Source: a virus. From it: DNA of 64,000 nt. The position numbers were made by a program, and so were the translations under genes. The notes beneath the pieces were generated by a model that worked only from the letters and a program-made list of their open reading frames with translations, was not told where the DNA came from and did not search any database. Below are positions 57,501 through 63,059 of this stretch, piece after piece. The stretch lies in IMG/VR virus record IMGVR_UViG_3300020182_001907; one strand, 5' to 3'. How positions within the stretch are numbered: the stretch's first letter is position 1; every line of letters starts with the position of its first letter.

Positions 57501-60270
57501 CATAAGAGCAATAGATAGAATATTTAAATATGATTCAGATGTTCAGGCAGCATTCAACACTGAAGTAAACACGTTCTTTAATGACCCTACTGCGTCTGCT
57601 AATATAAGTATTGTAGGGAACTATTTGTTACTCAATAACATGATTGGCAGCAATCAAATGGATACTACACTATCGCTGCTAAAAACAAAATCTGGCGGAG
57701 ATTTCCAAGGGGAAACTGTAAATGCATACACCTTCAAAGAATATGTTGATAATTTTGATTCCATAACTGACGTAGTTACACAGTTTGGTTTCGACAGCGA
57801 CCCGTGGGACGAAAACACTGATTATGATAACGTAACAGTTACGGACAGCAGAAATAGTGCCAATTACGGTAATGTTACAAGCATAGGAGTTGGAGATCAT
57901 CCTTGGGACCAAGTAAAAGAATATGTAATCTATGAAGGCATAATTAATAAAGATATAGATGGCCCTGTAACGCTGAGACGTAACGATGAAGTTTACGAAG
58001 GATTTGATAGTATTACTTTTCATAGAATGCTTTACGGCGAAGAAATGCCAGAAGAGTTAGCATTGTTTGATCCGTTAGAGTCTGTTGTAATGACAGTTGT
58101 AACCTCAGAATTTGCTAGAGGTACCACGGATGTTGTGGCACAGTATGATGTTTTACCTGCAAACATTGATCTTCAACATACTGTATACAATTTAGTAAGC
58201 ACTACAGTATTAGATGGTGGAAGGGGTTGGATTAATCCTACAGTTACTTTCTATAACGATTTTACTAACAGTGAGCCTGCCCTGTGGTCAGCAACTGCTA
58301 CAGTAGTACCAGATGGCGACGGTTCGACCATTAGTGCTATAAACATTACCCTTGGTGCCGCGCAAATTATCGGATTACAAAGTCAACTTAACATAGTTGT
58401 TTCTGAAAGTTATACTCAAACTTTAACAGCGCAAGCAAACAAAAGAACAAACGTACTTAAATTAAGTAATCCTGCAGAATTAATTGTTGGACAAAGTGTA
58501 ACCAGTGTTACAGGTAATATATTGTATGGAGAAATTGTGTCAATAGATGGTGCAAATGCAACTATCAGCACTTTCTTAGAAGATACACTGCTTAACGGAT
58601 CAACAGTGTCAGTTAGCGGAAGTAACTTTACTGGTAGAAGTTTTTATGGAATAACAACTGAAGCAAGTGTTTTAATTGATAAGAAATTTGCAGAAGAAAA
58701 TTATGATCCATCAGAATACACTATAATTTCTCCAACACTTGCAGAGTTTACAAATATTGATTTTGTTAACGCAGTGATTCAGGCTGGTGTAGATCCTACT
58801 AGCAATACTAATTTCTACGGCATCGATACAGTCTCTGGGTGGGATACTGCTATAGAAAATGGTACTATTGGAGCTTGGGACTTGCTTGATGAAACCATAC
58901 AACAAAATATCGTTGAGCAAGTAGCACCCAACTCACGTGAAGTTACACATAGAGTGCATATGAACTTATTTGGCGGTACAGATTATTTAAGAATAAGCAG
59001 TAGAAAGACATCTGCCCTATCAAAAGACTTAGAAATATGGGGGAGCGAATTATTCCTTGACAATGTTTCGTGGGTACAGCCAGCATCTTTAGACCAGCCT
59101 CAGGCTTTGTGGATAGGTGATGAGTTAATACAATATGGTAGGAAGATCGACGATAAAGTTGATTTTATAACTAGGGGTGCTAAAGGCACCACTATACAAC
59201 ACCACCCAGCAGGAACTCCAGTGTACTCTGCTTACAATGTAGATTTGTTTAATGACTTGATGCCAGAGAGCGCAGTATGGCTTGAAATAGGAACACGTTA
59301 CGAAGACGTAACTAAGTGGGATCAAGCAGGAGATGCTACTCTTGGTAATCAGGATGATAACTTTTGGTTACAGATTAATAGCTGGGACGAAAATGCCAAT
59401 GTATTAAGCACACAGAGCGATACCGCAGTATTAATAGAGAGTGGTGCAGAAACAAGTAACTTAGTAATGACTACAGGAATGTTTGATATAACTAACAAAG
59501 CTATTAAGATAAAATCTACTATCTCACAACCAGCTGTACTAGCGCAGTCGGCAGTACAATATACTAATATTTTACAATTACAAGCTCCATTGTACACTAG
59601 TACGGCTGTCGTAATGGAAGATGTTCCTCAAGGTAATAGTACTATAAGAGTAAGTAGTCCAGGACATAATGTTAATGATATACTAATTGTGCAGACAGCT
59701 AGTGGAACAGCTGGTGAATATATTGGACAAATTCAGTCCTACTTAGGCGAACCAGAGCCTGGTAAACATGAATACCAGTTGTATACTCCAGTGTATCAGA
59801 AAGTTAATGAACTTACACAATTGTGGTTCTCAAGATATGTACCAGGAATGGAAATTAAACGGGGTATTAATACCTTAGGGTTTATAGGAGACTTGAATTA
59901 TGGGTCAGGTAATATTACACTAAGTAATCAATTATCTGGTCTCTTACCAACAGCAGGACAAACTGTTGAGTTGTATTGGAGAGATGTTGCAATTGTAAAT
60001 GAAACATTTGGTGCAGGCCCGGGACAAATAGTTAATGTTGTTCCTAGTGCAGCTGAAGGTTGGCAGTCAACGTTTAATAGAATTTTATTCAACGACGCTG
60101 TTACTGTTGAAGTTGAAGTGATTGAAACAGGCAATTCAGATGTAGCGTGGGATAGTGCAAGACTTGCTGGTCAAACAGCACAAAGTTTGGCAGATAGAGC
60201 AAATGCTGATTATAGTTCTTTTAACAGCATTATGCGATTTATGCACTTCGGCGAAGATCCGACCCCATAA
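36526..60270 (+). CDS. Giant multidomain baseplate/virion protein (7914 aa, gp7 position)
   Basis: A single 23.7-kb ORF directly after gp6. The N-terminus (KLPAVLQT...PPIDIDKFLNYQEYYW) and late YMNEVKPYNAKIR segment look wedge-like; internal YHYH-like, PA14-like and carbohydrate-binding-like motifs are present. Confidence 0.8.
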   Translation: MADKIYKKLPAVLQTTTIKNFFENTVEQLFSKQDAEIVQGFIGSPSNEDVNARGQFLTEPTATKRFYALTPTVNTINSVTAKSENFYFYDEIIDTLHTYGVDTHNHNKIFSSEFLTYLPPIDIDKFLNYQEYYWIENGPNTITITPTADVVLDIDNEVIGKKEFTYGSVNLRNGMILQFSGDNCVPASRVNIEYIVQGVGTAIQLIQKDLNNITSYTKDKDYILQARGAKNQNLWSRINYWYHVNNFRDAGQDLPPRVNRANRPILEFAQELELFNHGTEFATVVDLATNAPLNQLDGSLADAQLTDENVIGKEFIFLNQSELEVGNIVHTAIEIDSNTAPQLNITDVTGTFNANIDLNWTRSKNKLGYELSSITVLDQGSSITSFQLLDLDYALLEEGDVVTTSTINIVAPVTSVLPGMAVWIPAVGTNGEYTYGIVDTVDTVNRIITTVEPITIYRNLALQTPYIAFTPIIATITSPYGSDAIVAIGSFGGLVYEALSFVLNPGAGYYTEGSIKVQQVGDPILNPSGITEENLAFVPYKIDVDKPVQVSLGSNAGKEFKWDVTGWLQCQEKLYLNQPPLFTLYDTQGTYLGDRPGNNFAGSKIFGYATEVPANAQNISRSVVEDTELGFNFIFENFKSGSEILFDNFQETIRYSDNQGEINGYYFYKMVSDDVESYETYMRTVPVKTRQSIVSSYLVNKFDIDGVQQEWYIGGVPDVDQNLNNGYDITVTVNGIKRTDWTYNLNRAGYIKFDTFNLIESDFIYITANCTTGLISERTTSKYELPLALYSNIFNEDINTISQPSYAGHFANYMQRQQGFTGEVYGINNFNDTKKDIKHATDIIVSQDDLVLGAFLLDDQPHNLVDALRFNANEYIKYKNRLINEINKYYSNEFNEDLSVEETLENIIKRVISYKVSQDVFNRTYVVPFGDIYDVQQFSIALDQTQLTLTTDLDLNKIENSVMVYRNGVLLTADVDYTFSSLTFPVTIDISTELVINDTITVKIYNVLRDSAQCPPTPSTMGLYPLFIPRIEQDTSFVTPITVLVGHDGSRTPVNNDDRDTLLLEFEKRIYNSAKKEFRKSNSLPEYNYADVRAGAFRETGYTVKEWSDILRYYFIEWSRANELDYIINEFYDQINSFTWNYNTELPGHWKGLYEYYYDTINPHTSPWEMLGFTEKPSWWDTEYALFIEDDFGLNIPYVNYGSVNTKMWKDLEEGIIRQGPRENVTNNLYLENNRFRRMGLNAVLPVGSDGNLKSPDQVMTTENVTRSISYTNTDTGNHDANFAFRTNKFYNLNGINVSWDNDNVYVQGRGIPVYSDENQPINVSGEQSLSDIPILSQDISYCVPRKPLTDLGVNVETWNDADYWDDSATWNDTSLTALGNASKMSNDAIAVLVNGLPLYNFYDENTTWESQGSWHYDNNRLGEDKSIDSEGLLHYNKITPEVAGLSSWSTTEHSPIVGWAFDGLPIYGPYGYADPLDSSSAIVRVESSWKLRRENPTFGTRPGSVGGAFSGVFVEDYYFDEDFFSETPHAADEFNAVFGVTPDSEQPFYHYVATLDNNLKPAFPYAVGGGVQTRTVEGLFFNAWSNTFRFQASNTRGIARINVLDPGGLYTQGNTSVVIEGDGSGATANVVVTDGGITSVVITNKGKDYNTATAAIVGDGVRAVIEIIIDTEDNNSNNCEVNVSATSALVSVENLTVTSNRNLDKNWKFGDGAPVEQAWKYSSGYPFAVTEALLLSKPGKFATVFSNPIKIARTPVNKRILVNIDTNKSWHFSNPSEFQIHGEIVDNVFTTNIGYTQFINSWLTFQRLDTNIDFAEKIRTLNVKLSHRMSSFIDQDTLTARTDQYSIQGSASSLIIPKDDLSVDLHSSNYKSRNFYSGVIVQRSSEGYIVTGFDKNRGYFEILESDRQGRSNRVEVGGSPAGYSQWQPNLTYNKTAIVEYQGRYFQARVRITGGETFDRDLWAPLASLPQLNAARGTRYQNTTGIVRRIYYGTEYTNIDDVYDFLISLGRFNELSGFQFGEYDISISDIRNWDYAAKQFLFWTTGNWEVGNTLELSPAATQITFESPDRGFVAKINRTDRQQFTLVTEDGSIIDASECEIVRSDRMISIKPPAGKQIYGVMLYVKEIEHVISFNNTTQFNDIIFSSLLNQRQSRIKLKTKRTKDWDGRLNASGYIVDGGELIPNPDNLAENLGRYHELGFVPVQKDVYDASRALYGYVPREYLTELDVLDDQQFDFYRGMLQSKGTQTSLTRIAKSSSILDGDITIFDEWALKIGEFGDTSNNQHVELRLEKTDLKQDPQLITLSFPEDITNVVESIEVVDARYIYTEAPAIEIAAPLSPGIQATAQSFLNTDGTLSHIEVTEPGSNYSLEGVTSNVIASDVTLYDLNSDFDYASTTSTNYVNLSVNQIDITISVNGSSSTLVSIPSANPGVVDVLPADIVSALEDAFPEELFVVARETHDLSGSVKWLFTLLATNELVIDDGNDLLLTNGTYINTQRYRLDSTVQQGSNVTVASDITVTVANVVVSDSNWDFDLGQIVSTNPSSSTPVISNTKRQQGDVDSVTYTAIFNMYGEPGSTENGQFELLPLSLQGSGTGVIFNIITVSRTNIGGAPYGSETWQVEIDITIQNPGQDYVLGDTFILRSSLSLREHQVVTVDAINNAYDLREYTLINNNASLDLGPAFATENLQIDNSGQYKFIEVYIDDQKIENFADGGTGAGTLYVIDNGGAGGTGRIQFPDISRLPIALLTYQFNPPLSEPVPNGYQRETYFSLTSANTIKVVESSTIQFNAGFTDDIAESDIRIKVTTQDGIVTRIGQVRTYEVTRDQKNDNILFVDIDNTERFLKKPTGVRTNNLWATTNAVNASGITDQAYPTVLNAGYVATGNVEYQSFDIASLPDLYDDNILIKPYSGSHIHMAKDDHNDWNVYKLLNIGSDVSFLSKNQSGNVSLYTDKSLFNFIDTNQIGQPNTGKFMDYYITLDNANVSDNVLVWSNEEVVLTESSTVEDVQAPRMVEAFIKSIGPSDLLSITSVDPIVGGYVNNLTLIPQLVSDTVIVTGSFNGRINEGDAITLLDNLGTNYSSNVSAGAATSSTDGKLTLSADNEDVLLLDPLVTAAGAGNLYVTLNVQVSDYLYGEYTANASTLTLEDKLNFELITAINGKKFAVDSVSTGSNTVTLTDPKGKDSNLADNYIFTSNLAANLETSGYTVTVYEQYTPLSGNYFIAANVTYNSFEIERPGTAPSTNVTGALLNKSRITTSAPHELFPGDIVRINTPNVSGTFSIDTVTANTMDLGARWLPGYVSESGNIVKKGIKIETVAPHGISSLYAKSDKRIAVHFVSPLYYNKVYYVDSVTPTTLIINNVWPRTDTTHVFYEEKVAQLSSSALFDKENPDYENATNIIEIVENPLLSDYQATWDSNSSILSDGMINFYGNVVIISPRALPSNTSVSTGITLVRSVKRETKFPVVTTLDHNRINMNGSEITVDSYNNLSGMNEAINRAIALRRAYTDLTQPTSAGFRLAFNMLTDPFTPVAQTSSGNKLPAAFISNYGPYVRDAETINRLGNQNAQATGELKIADTVEQIYNENFNQGPKIAGPTQGLSYTDAITGIKYNWSPSIKDYRAEYTAQQELEEQSITNTVEYPDPEGHITTIQGPAISSWSSEGILYEVPGVYGDIAYPEGSVVIYNSQYWIALIDIMLSDNTTFGSDGGNPYQDREFPDQDLIRTNINGKFVYTWRAINNSDAIKSAINEQLTLTTLPGTGTSTANIPGVKRKSYNMLEKTDLNGLLVQPSYNDPVGTVIPRYRLQPNQYKSYAIYQAVRNDNNDIYYIKLDEVSPPLTRHDFYRTINAYSNFSGYEAVDFYYTNNITLSNYLDVNQRITYNRDPLKMKQTGYVLEIGPAEPASFIGKQLLAEPFAVSGGNNTNAIENFRNLPYLEIASSDQNGSLGKATITLGNENDNANGYNSFLLWTPGLTPGKWEPSPEGPGPLNGYNGVPVSAGFGKGYYSAGDGHTDAGNYPGYTVKYDRPIPRFVYSKNYKVSPPVTNRDDTLEYIPLTNTDLGELGLRPDQIYVACFWTEPFVYTNQLVGYNNNNIDSSGKPAPIYSDYEGTVVRFKYIRITELPANAITRRLIPDTGWGGKPWSNRIVDNVGVQFTNDNENQIWDLFKPADVSAGTTTEALTTATVQNTADAPTGEQIQSSTAPETQPIFVPTTALGPVITGGVLDGLTGPCDTVQQPGDPESGIGGDCDKVPQESVQALTLTKDDMELISDPTIISDYNVYYKTVKIAGSRSPFTVFFNSGGSSIALGLTQSKNIYTPTETTVQAQFGGEQPFIKNNTGTSRAGSLQGQVFAYGDINTGVPVTNIVSNALGLITNAPLPGIQTYTAAGSEVTFPSITGSAFNLLFPDNEMAVSGIGFIREEQLICSVPGPYVTVFVATDSRASTDDFTLVLSYLKELVVTEEVAPITGECTDDVLTNSRNYSAGATVRAWSNNVTPLNGTFSTIFANSSGNPILYDFFSSISESGSVTSFVDFRSRVDNIYWTAGAADSPYANKDTYKALELQIPLGTRTGFTYDTIDNWADTPNPDVVNLTSHVDKTNNLLVSENIVNAFNTPVKAGNTNSGSTIELKGYFRAPKTGWYKFDNITNETENLSRSWIWVSSAADPSNSLTHVNSRILWKRYGVDDAKLQIDSAGNETAVAEEYFVNDGYQLTGDETQEQYINSVAYHRDNAASSHTHSQTGQTTVIFLKEGSFYFTRALATNHLVEAVMHLQYAFSDAPENLLPSSTNFTTGRLGFSGRTCAADIQDNAPPVVQDPAQPIDPVTNPAPVYDCFGTPIGQNFNLYQTSTTLAIDVSYEGESGVYSYIDINDGAVNTLDFYTNTDPNFSGTIPTSITTSIATFCTADLAACITNQLTSQYAGQSLNDQQKLAIINSCSNVTQEPETPIYPADQGNDPDNAEQTQEIVFEPLIDDRQDVQRGWTGGIATSEQGQTRGYVWGNYVGYSKPQMTGYNFYPGVFKKTTVKLVQPSQNTYTTQNTIPEGQVVGPNSQRISGGAIISLAKPLTTTVPKTPTVLKRYEVQDQPWADNLTNVNSLTYNPRRIGSSINVNNSNLTNVKPNINSNDLDYNGPAFTTPDTVLQEDRSDVTRVVANQTTSLQPLQFSKVNTGIRFTKVPVIDITPLDIDANGNYLPAGTTVQAQISRPTPTASITQEDLLGTKEGEELYINGRRLVVRARTLEDLKNQINCGVFGLEAGIVNQAGQPTLVISSCTGQAWRVANGCGGGVYSQVGDFHINRGFEQSRTAVSSLTDAVVDTGQAAASTVYTKYTYVTEQTIGVAGEIIPANTYVRFGLNTGTGETGYTTNQTYVDAAGDINLVEFEGNSTGTIAPMPSTSTTSEYQTAGSGYRIGDRLRLIGGTPINSAKAPLTKICIDSAGSGYTDVTKLQVVINSNNATPGVGAAAIVTALDINGGIAEIEIVNGGTGYDINRPPLVEIIDLANPSAATRTIDSRWPGASAGGSLSVNGGDILEIDNYSSSIDGKDLYIDKRHLKATAPFTIGQRLFDGLVSPVNINSNVAWIDPQTLDNSFTGRAQITLTGVSSGSAILESIRPNSFVEIAHFPRTAFDNVATITAGSLSKLSSTMTIPGNYQSIIQPGDVITFLDQNEQLEKEDGSISLPDPRYIQLQIDSATDNGGSTDLVFTTTVDARYTFADATVGGTDRPVLIGRAIESKFFIPQPTDNNPTVTYNSGLSTLTVVIESDMFRTFPSFKNSGMFGNGFLPDVYTGIMQPDTVYVYYKKAWWTETLVNPPGGVPVLQDIVDPSVPRNSAKLSALMGTSDTYGTNLNFNDNALKAGYQGMAGPQRIAKFIVTGVDSFGAITSLRIIDRGVYKIFPSDLTRGLPLEYDYEIPGTSSGQLLNGVATVLPSQRGTTLGVSDPLWSVQYGPDHPEYKVDPYGDTSNERHPDWFRYPEFYFNGVQWVPYKGTPGEYDPSTWVIVDTRDPSTSQDISINDAWENLTAEQIERFYVTGQLLRKTYLIDDNVASTTYGKYITPRTLAGGSGARVFLTAQEIPDCSEKGTAREALGLPEIVEKVNAPLSLAKNINDAIAAAGYNPNTLNASVTPNGDLGEFGLSTSFPGIRLDSSTPGFLEKFGLPTGDYNLGMLCIESTLQDPNTTDEEAQQVINELYQSGSYGNLSTDELSSITGRSREDVKNVDVLSFACVQRISPKVPAGVNTGDLLNDNNSIFPGNNIIRLRELFKYTVSNIFGEDISLNTVSNRQDVSVNVFESRRYNNFNTLPVNFETTDAATNAVNTVLYPGQPVINTNVPSTNLPVVEKRWIDNYNGSWAYFENGVLIRQQEPLVDSRYVSSTLMYNGTTGEKFLDLYQWDPFKGVLPKFIADEVYYISEVDPVGYSSARSVFGRNNIGKTWWDTSTIRYFWYEQGSAVERRNAWGSAFPGSSITICEWIESEALPENWAGDGTPRFLDRYITERHQDPITGEFKLYYYYWVQNRSIIDDRIKRDLNRSLDTRTIARYIANPYKYGIETVSYISPSSMLIGNTGPSLNKFENRLQINFSRNLNPDGIDHTAWELAREGDKDSVIPNDLSNKLIDSLAAENAIGQVVPSPLLSDVERYGIGFRPRQTMFKNIKEARRVMVNVINRLLSDLRLETEYPEWDSTLPSVRTYIKTVDWFAVRTVDNETNENIRFNDSYKPVYKVSSVAELYRLQNVPDGSIAQVSNEQNTSVELWIYIGNKNRYKQINIKDETIQLSSALYTDDTNAIMSNEIRLLLTTLKDKVFFNTNKWNELFFEMLKYAYVEQGQLSWAFKTSYLFVKKEEEDLVKFTGFKPDNFQKVLDYMNEVKPYNAKIREYKDGKRAPLDYIGQNNISDYDKPPFVDPEANKIRVLDETIPADLELMGTNARYVDYWTAITTDNTTPIRKGKVNLTFDRTNWLPTLFGWDPATDTESIAISKNIAFLSVANAAVMADPSSNIRAIDRIFKYDSDVQAAFNTEVNTFFNDPTASANISIVGNYLLLNNMIGSNQMDTTLSLLKTKSGGDFQGETVNAYTFKEYVDNFDSITDVVTQFGFDSDPWDENTDYDNVTVTDSRNSANYGNVTSIGVGDHPWDQVKEYVIYEGIINKDIDGPVTLRRNDEVYEGFDSITFHRMLYGEEMPEELALFDPLESVVMTVVTSEFARGTTDVVAQYDVLPANIDLQHTVYNLVSTTVLDGGRGWINPTVTFYNDFTNSEPALWSATATVVPDGDGSTISAINITLGAAQIIGLQSQLNIVVSESYTQTLTAQANKRTNVLKLSNPAELIVGQSVTSVTGNILYGEIVSIDGANATISTFLEDTLLNGSTVSVSGSNFTGRSFYGITTEASVLIDKKFAEENYDPSEYTIISPTLAEFTNIDFVNAVIQAGVDPTSNTNFYGIDTVSGWDTAIENGTIGAWDLLDETIQQNIVEQVAPNSREVTHRVHMNLFGGTDYLRISSRKTSALSKDLEIWGSELFLDNVSWVQPASLDQPQALWIGDELIQYGRKIDDKVDFITRGAKGTTIQHHPAGTPVYSAYNVDLFNDLMPESAVWLEIGTRYEDVTKWDQAGDATLGNQDDNFWLQINSWDENANVLSTQSDTAVLIESGAETSNLVMTTGMFDITNKAIKIKSTISQPAVLAQSAVQYTNILQLQAPLYTSTAVVMEDVPQGNSTIRVSSPGHNVNDILIVQTASGTAGEYIGQIQSYLGEPEPGKHEYQLYTPVYQKVNELTQLWFSRYVPGMEIKRGINTLGFIGDLNYGSGNITLSNQLSGLLPTAGQTVELYWRDVAIVNETFGAGPGQIVNVVPSAAEGWQSTFNRILFNDAVTVEVEVIETGNSDVAWDSARLAGQTAQSLADRANADYSSFNSIMRFMHFGEDPTP

Positions 60271-60293
60271 GTAAATTAGTGTTTTTTAAAAGT

Positions 60294-60301
60294 GATAAAT
60301 A
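60294..60301 (+). promoter_or_regulatory. Late promoter box GATAAATA
   Basis: Ends 6 nt before the ATG at 60308. Confidence 0.7.
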
Positions 60302-60307
60302 ACAACA

Positions 60308-60976
60308 ATGGATGTTAATAAACCAAATTCGGAAAAACAAGTTATGAATCAATCTACAAAACCAGATGACCAAATGGGATTGAACGTGAGCGGGCATATT
60401 TTAATCCGCGACAAGCAAACCGGTCAGGAGATCGTAAACAAAAGAAATGCTATTCATTACGGTAATATGGCATACATAGTAGCTCAAGCATTAAGTAATA
60501 ATGAAACAGCATATATTCATTATCTTGCTTTCGGAAATGGCGGAACTAGTGTAGATACAGCTGGAAAAGTATCATATAAAACCCCTAGGGTCACCGAAGG
60601 ATATGAATCAGGTGCAAACTTATACAGTAGGACATATTGGAAGGCTATTAGCGACAGCGACGAAAACAGCGATCAAGTTAATAATAATATATCGATAATC
60701 CCAGGACAAAGTTACACTGATATTAAATGTACCTGTACGTTAGCATATAATGAACCAAGTGGTCAAGACACGTTTGATAGTAGTACAACAAATGAAGGAG
60801 ATTACATTTTCGATGAGCTTGCTTTATTTTCTTACCCAACTGATACTGGATTAGCAACCCCAGAAGAAATTATAAACACAAGCACAATGTTAACCCATGT
60901 ACTTTTTCATCCAGTACAAAAAAGTTCAAACAGAGAGATAGAAGTAATTTACACTATTAGAGTACAACTAAGCTAA
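60308..60976 (+). CDS. Putative baseplate/fibre-attachment structural protein (222 aa)
   Basis: GHILIRD...NAIH...LAFGNGGT...FDELAL...LTHVLFHPVQKS...IYTIRV; late promoter and structural context. Confidence 0.65.
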   Translation: MDVNKPNSEKQVMNQSTKPDDQMGLNVSGHILIRDKQTGQEIVNKRNAIHYGNMAYIVAQALSNNETAYIHYLAFGNGGTSVDTAGKVSYKTPRVTEGYESGANLYSRTYWKAISDSDENSDQVNNNISIIPGQSYTDIKCTCTLAYNEPSGQDTFDSSTTNEGDYIFDELALFSYPTDTGLATPEEIINTSTMLTHVLFHPVQKSSNREIEVIYTIRVQLS

Positions 60977-60988
60977 GAGGATTAAACA

Positions 60989-63043
60989 GTGCCATATATT
61001 ATTGAGAATGCAAGCGGCGAACCAATAACGATACCTGACGGTAGTCTTAACAGTGACTACAGTATCGATCTTATTGGACGTAACTATGAGAATTATGGTC
61101 AAGTTATTGCAAAAACCCAAATCGATTTATTAGATAATTTCGCCTCTGACGGTACTCCGCCAGCTGATCCAACAAGTGGTCAATTATGGTACGATAAAAA
61201 CTTTAAAGTGTTGAGATCATACGACGGCACTACGGGTGCATGGCTGCCAAATCGCCCTCTTGTAGTAAACTCCCCTCCTACAAATATACACGGCCAAAAC
61301 AAAGCAGGTACAGAATATTTTAACATTGGTACAGGTCAATTATATATTAACACGGGCTCTACTGGGTATCAACTAGCAAACAAGCCAGGGGAAATATCCC
61401 TACTGTATGATACAAACTCTGAACTAAGCAATCCAACTTTTTATGGAACCAGTATAAGAAATATCTTCTTAGTTGATACTGATGGAATACCGCGCTCAGT
61501 ATTAGCATTATATTATAAAAATGATGGTGAAATAACAGCAAGCGGCTATTATGACGGCGAGCGTATTATTGCATTATATAGTGGACACGAAACTTCTTTT
61601 ACTGTTGCAGATGCAGTAAGTACTACAGATGGAGATACTCATAATTTTCATCCTCAATTCGATATTGTACAAAGTATAGGCGGTATAGGTACTACTATAT
61701 ATCCTGGGATGAATACTCGATTAGACGATCAAACAGTAGTTAATTCAGCAAGATTATCACAAAGATCTAATGCTGCTTATAATTTAAACACTGGTTCTTA
61801 TTACCTTGAATTAGTTAACGGACAAATTGAAGATAACGGTGGTACAAACATTGCTGCTGCTAATGTGTTTCATCATGGTGCAAACACTGTTCCTGTAGTA
61901 AGTAATACATATAATTTAGGTAGTACTACTAACCTATTCTCACAAGGTTATATAAATGATTTAAAAATTGGCAATAGCATTTTATCTAATGGTGGTACAT
62001 ACACCATTGGGTCTCAAGCTGATCCAGTTGATGTTGTAAGCGCATCTACTATTAATGTCTATACTAATATACTTTTTCCATCAGGCGGAGACATTGCATC
62101 AACTAGTGACCGAGTAAACAACATTAGTGCAGCTAACGTAAACATTCAGGGACATGCTGATATTAATGGCTACAGAATGCCTGCTAGTACTGGTACTAAC
62201 GGTCAGCTTATGTATTTAAATAATGTAACTGGCGGAAGTGAATTTGCAGACCCTATAAGTAATATTAAATATGTTACTAGCAGTAATGGTAGTATTGATG
62301 TAGTAGAATCATCTTCGACAGAAACACCAATTGGTAGTTTATCATTAAATGTTAGATCATTAGATTTTCAATCAAATGTTAATTATACAAGAGAATTAAT
62401 TTCTATTGCAACAGCATCAAATACTGCACTAGAGTATAATAATACTACGGGCGAAATTAGTTTTATTAGAACAACACCGTTTGATAATCTAGTTCCTGCT
62501 ACGCATTTCTTATTACTACAAGGTACTACCAGCCAAACAGCAACAGGGGTTAAGACGTTTACGGCAAGAGCAGATTTTCCAGCAGGAATAGATATATCAA
62601 AAAATATTCGATACGGTGCATCCGCAGATTTTCCAGCAGGAATACCTACATCAACGACAAATTTAGTTTTTAACACTCGCGACGATAGCACTGCTACAAA
62701 TCATAGCATAACGTTTTCAAAGAAAGGCGACATTACTGCATCAGGCGACATTACTGCATTTAGTGATTTAAGACTAAAAGAAAATTTAGAACCTATTACC
62801 GATGCAGTATCAAAAGTTAAAGCAATTACGGGATACACATACACATTGATAGGAGATTCGGTTAAGCACACAGGAGTTATTGCACAAGATGTAGAATCAG
62901 TACTACCAGAAGTTGTTCACACTGGCGACGATCCTGACGGGACAAAGAGTGTTGCATACGGAAATATGGTGGGATTGTTAATAGAAGCAATAAAAGATTT
63001 ATCTAATGAAATAGACGCTCTGAAACAACGACTCGGCGATTAA
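60989..63043 (+). CDS. Tail fibre with a C-terminal peptidase S74 intramolecular chaperone
   Basis: GTG start with a GAGG RBS. N-terminal LIGRNYENYGQ...LLDNFA...GQLWYD; C-terminal AFSDLRLKENL...GVIAQDVESVLPEVV...VAYGNMVGLLIEAIKDL. Confidence 0.85.
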   Translation: MPYIIENASGEPITIPDGSLNSDYSIDLIGRNYENYGQVIAKTQIDLLDNFASDGTPPADPTSGQLWYDKNFKVLRSYDGTTGAWLPNRPLVVNSPPTNIHGQNKAGTEYFNIGTGQLYINTGSTGYQLANKPGEISLLYDTNSELSNPTFYGTSIRNIFLVDTDGIPRSVLALYYKNDGEITASGYYDGERIIALYSGHETSFTVADAVSTTDGDTHNFHPQFDIVQSIGGIGTTIYPGMNTRLDDQTVVNSARLSQRSNAAYNLNTGSYYLELVNGQIEDNGGTNIAAANVFHHGANTVPVVSNTYNLGSTTNLFSQGYINDLKIGNSILSNGGTYTIGSQADPVDVVSASTINVYTNILFPSGGDIASTSDRVNNISAANVNIQGHADINGYRMPASTGTNGQLMYLNNVTGGSEFADPISNIKYVTSSNGSIDVVESSSTETPIGSLSLNVRSLDFQSNVNYTRELISIATASNTALEYNNTTGEISFIRTTPFDNLVPATHFLLLQGTTSQTATGVKTFTARADFPAGIDISKNIRYGASADFPAGIPTSTTNLVFNTRDDSTATNHSITFSKKGDITASGDITAFSDLRLKENLEPITDAVSKVKAITGYTYTLIGDSVKHTGVIAQDVESVLPEVVHTGDDPDGTKSVAYGNMVGLLIEAIKDLSNEIDALKQRLGD

Positions 63044-63059
63044 AGCAAGGATTTTTTTG

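Noticed and set aside
60989-63043. Diversity-generating retroelement target in the fibre genes
   Set aside because: No reverse transcriptase and no template/variable repeat pair differing at adenines was seen in the window.
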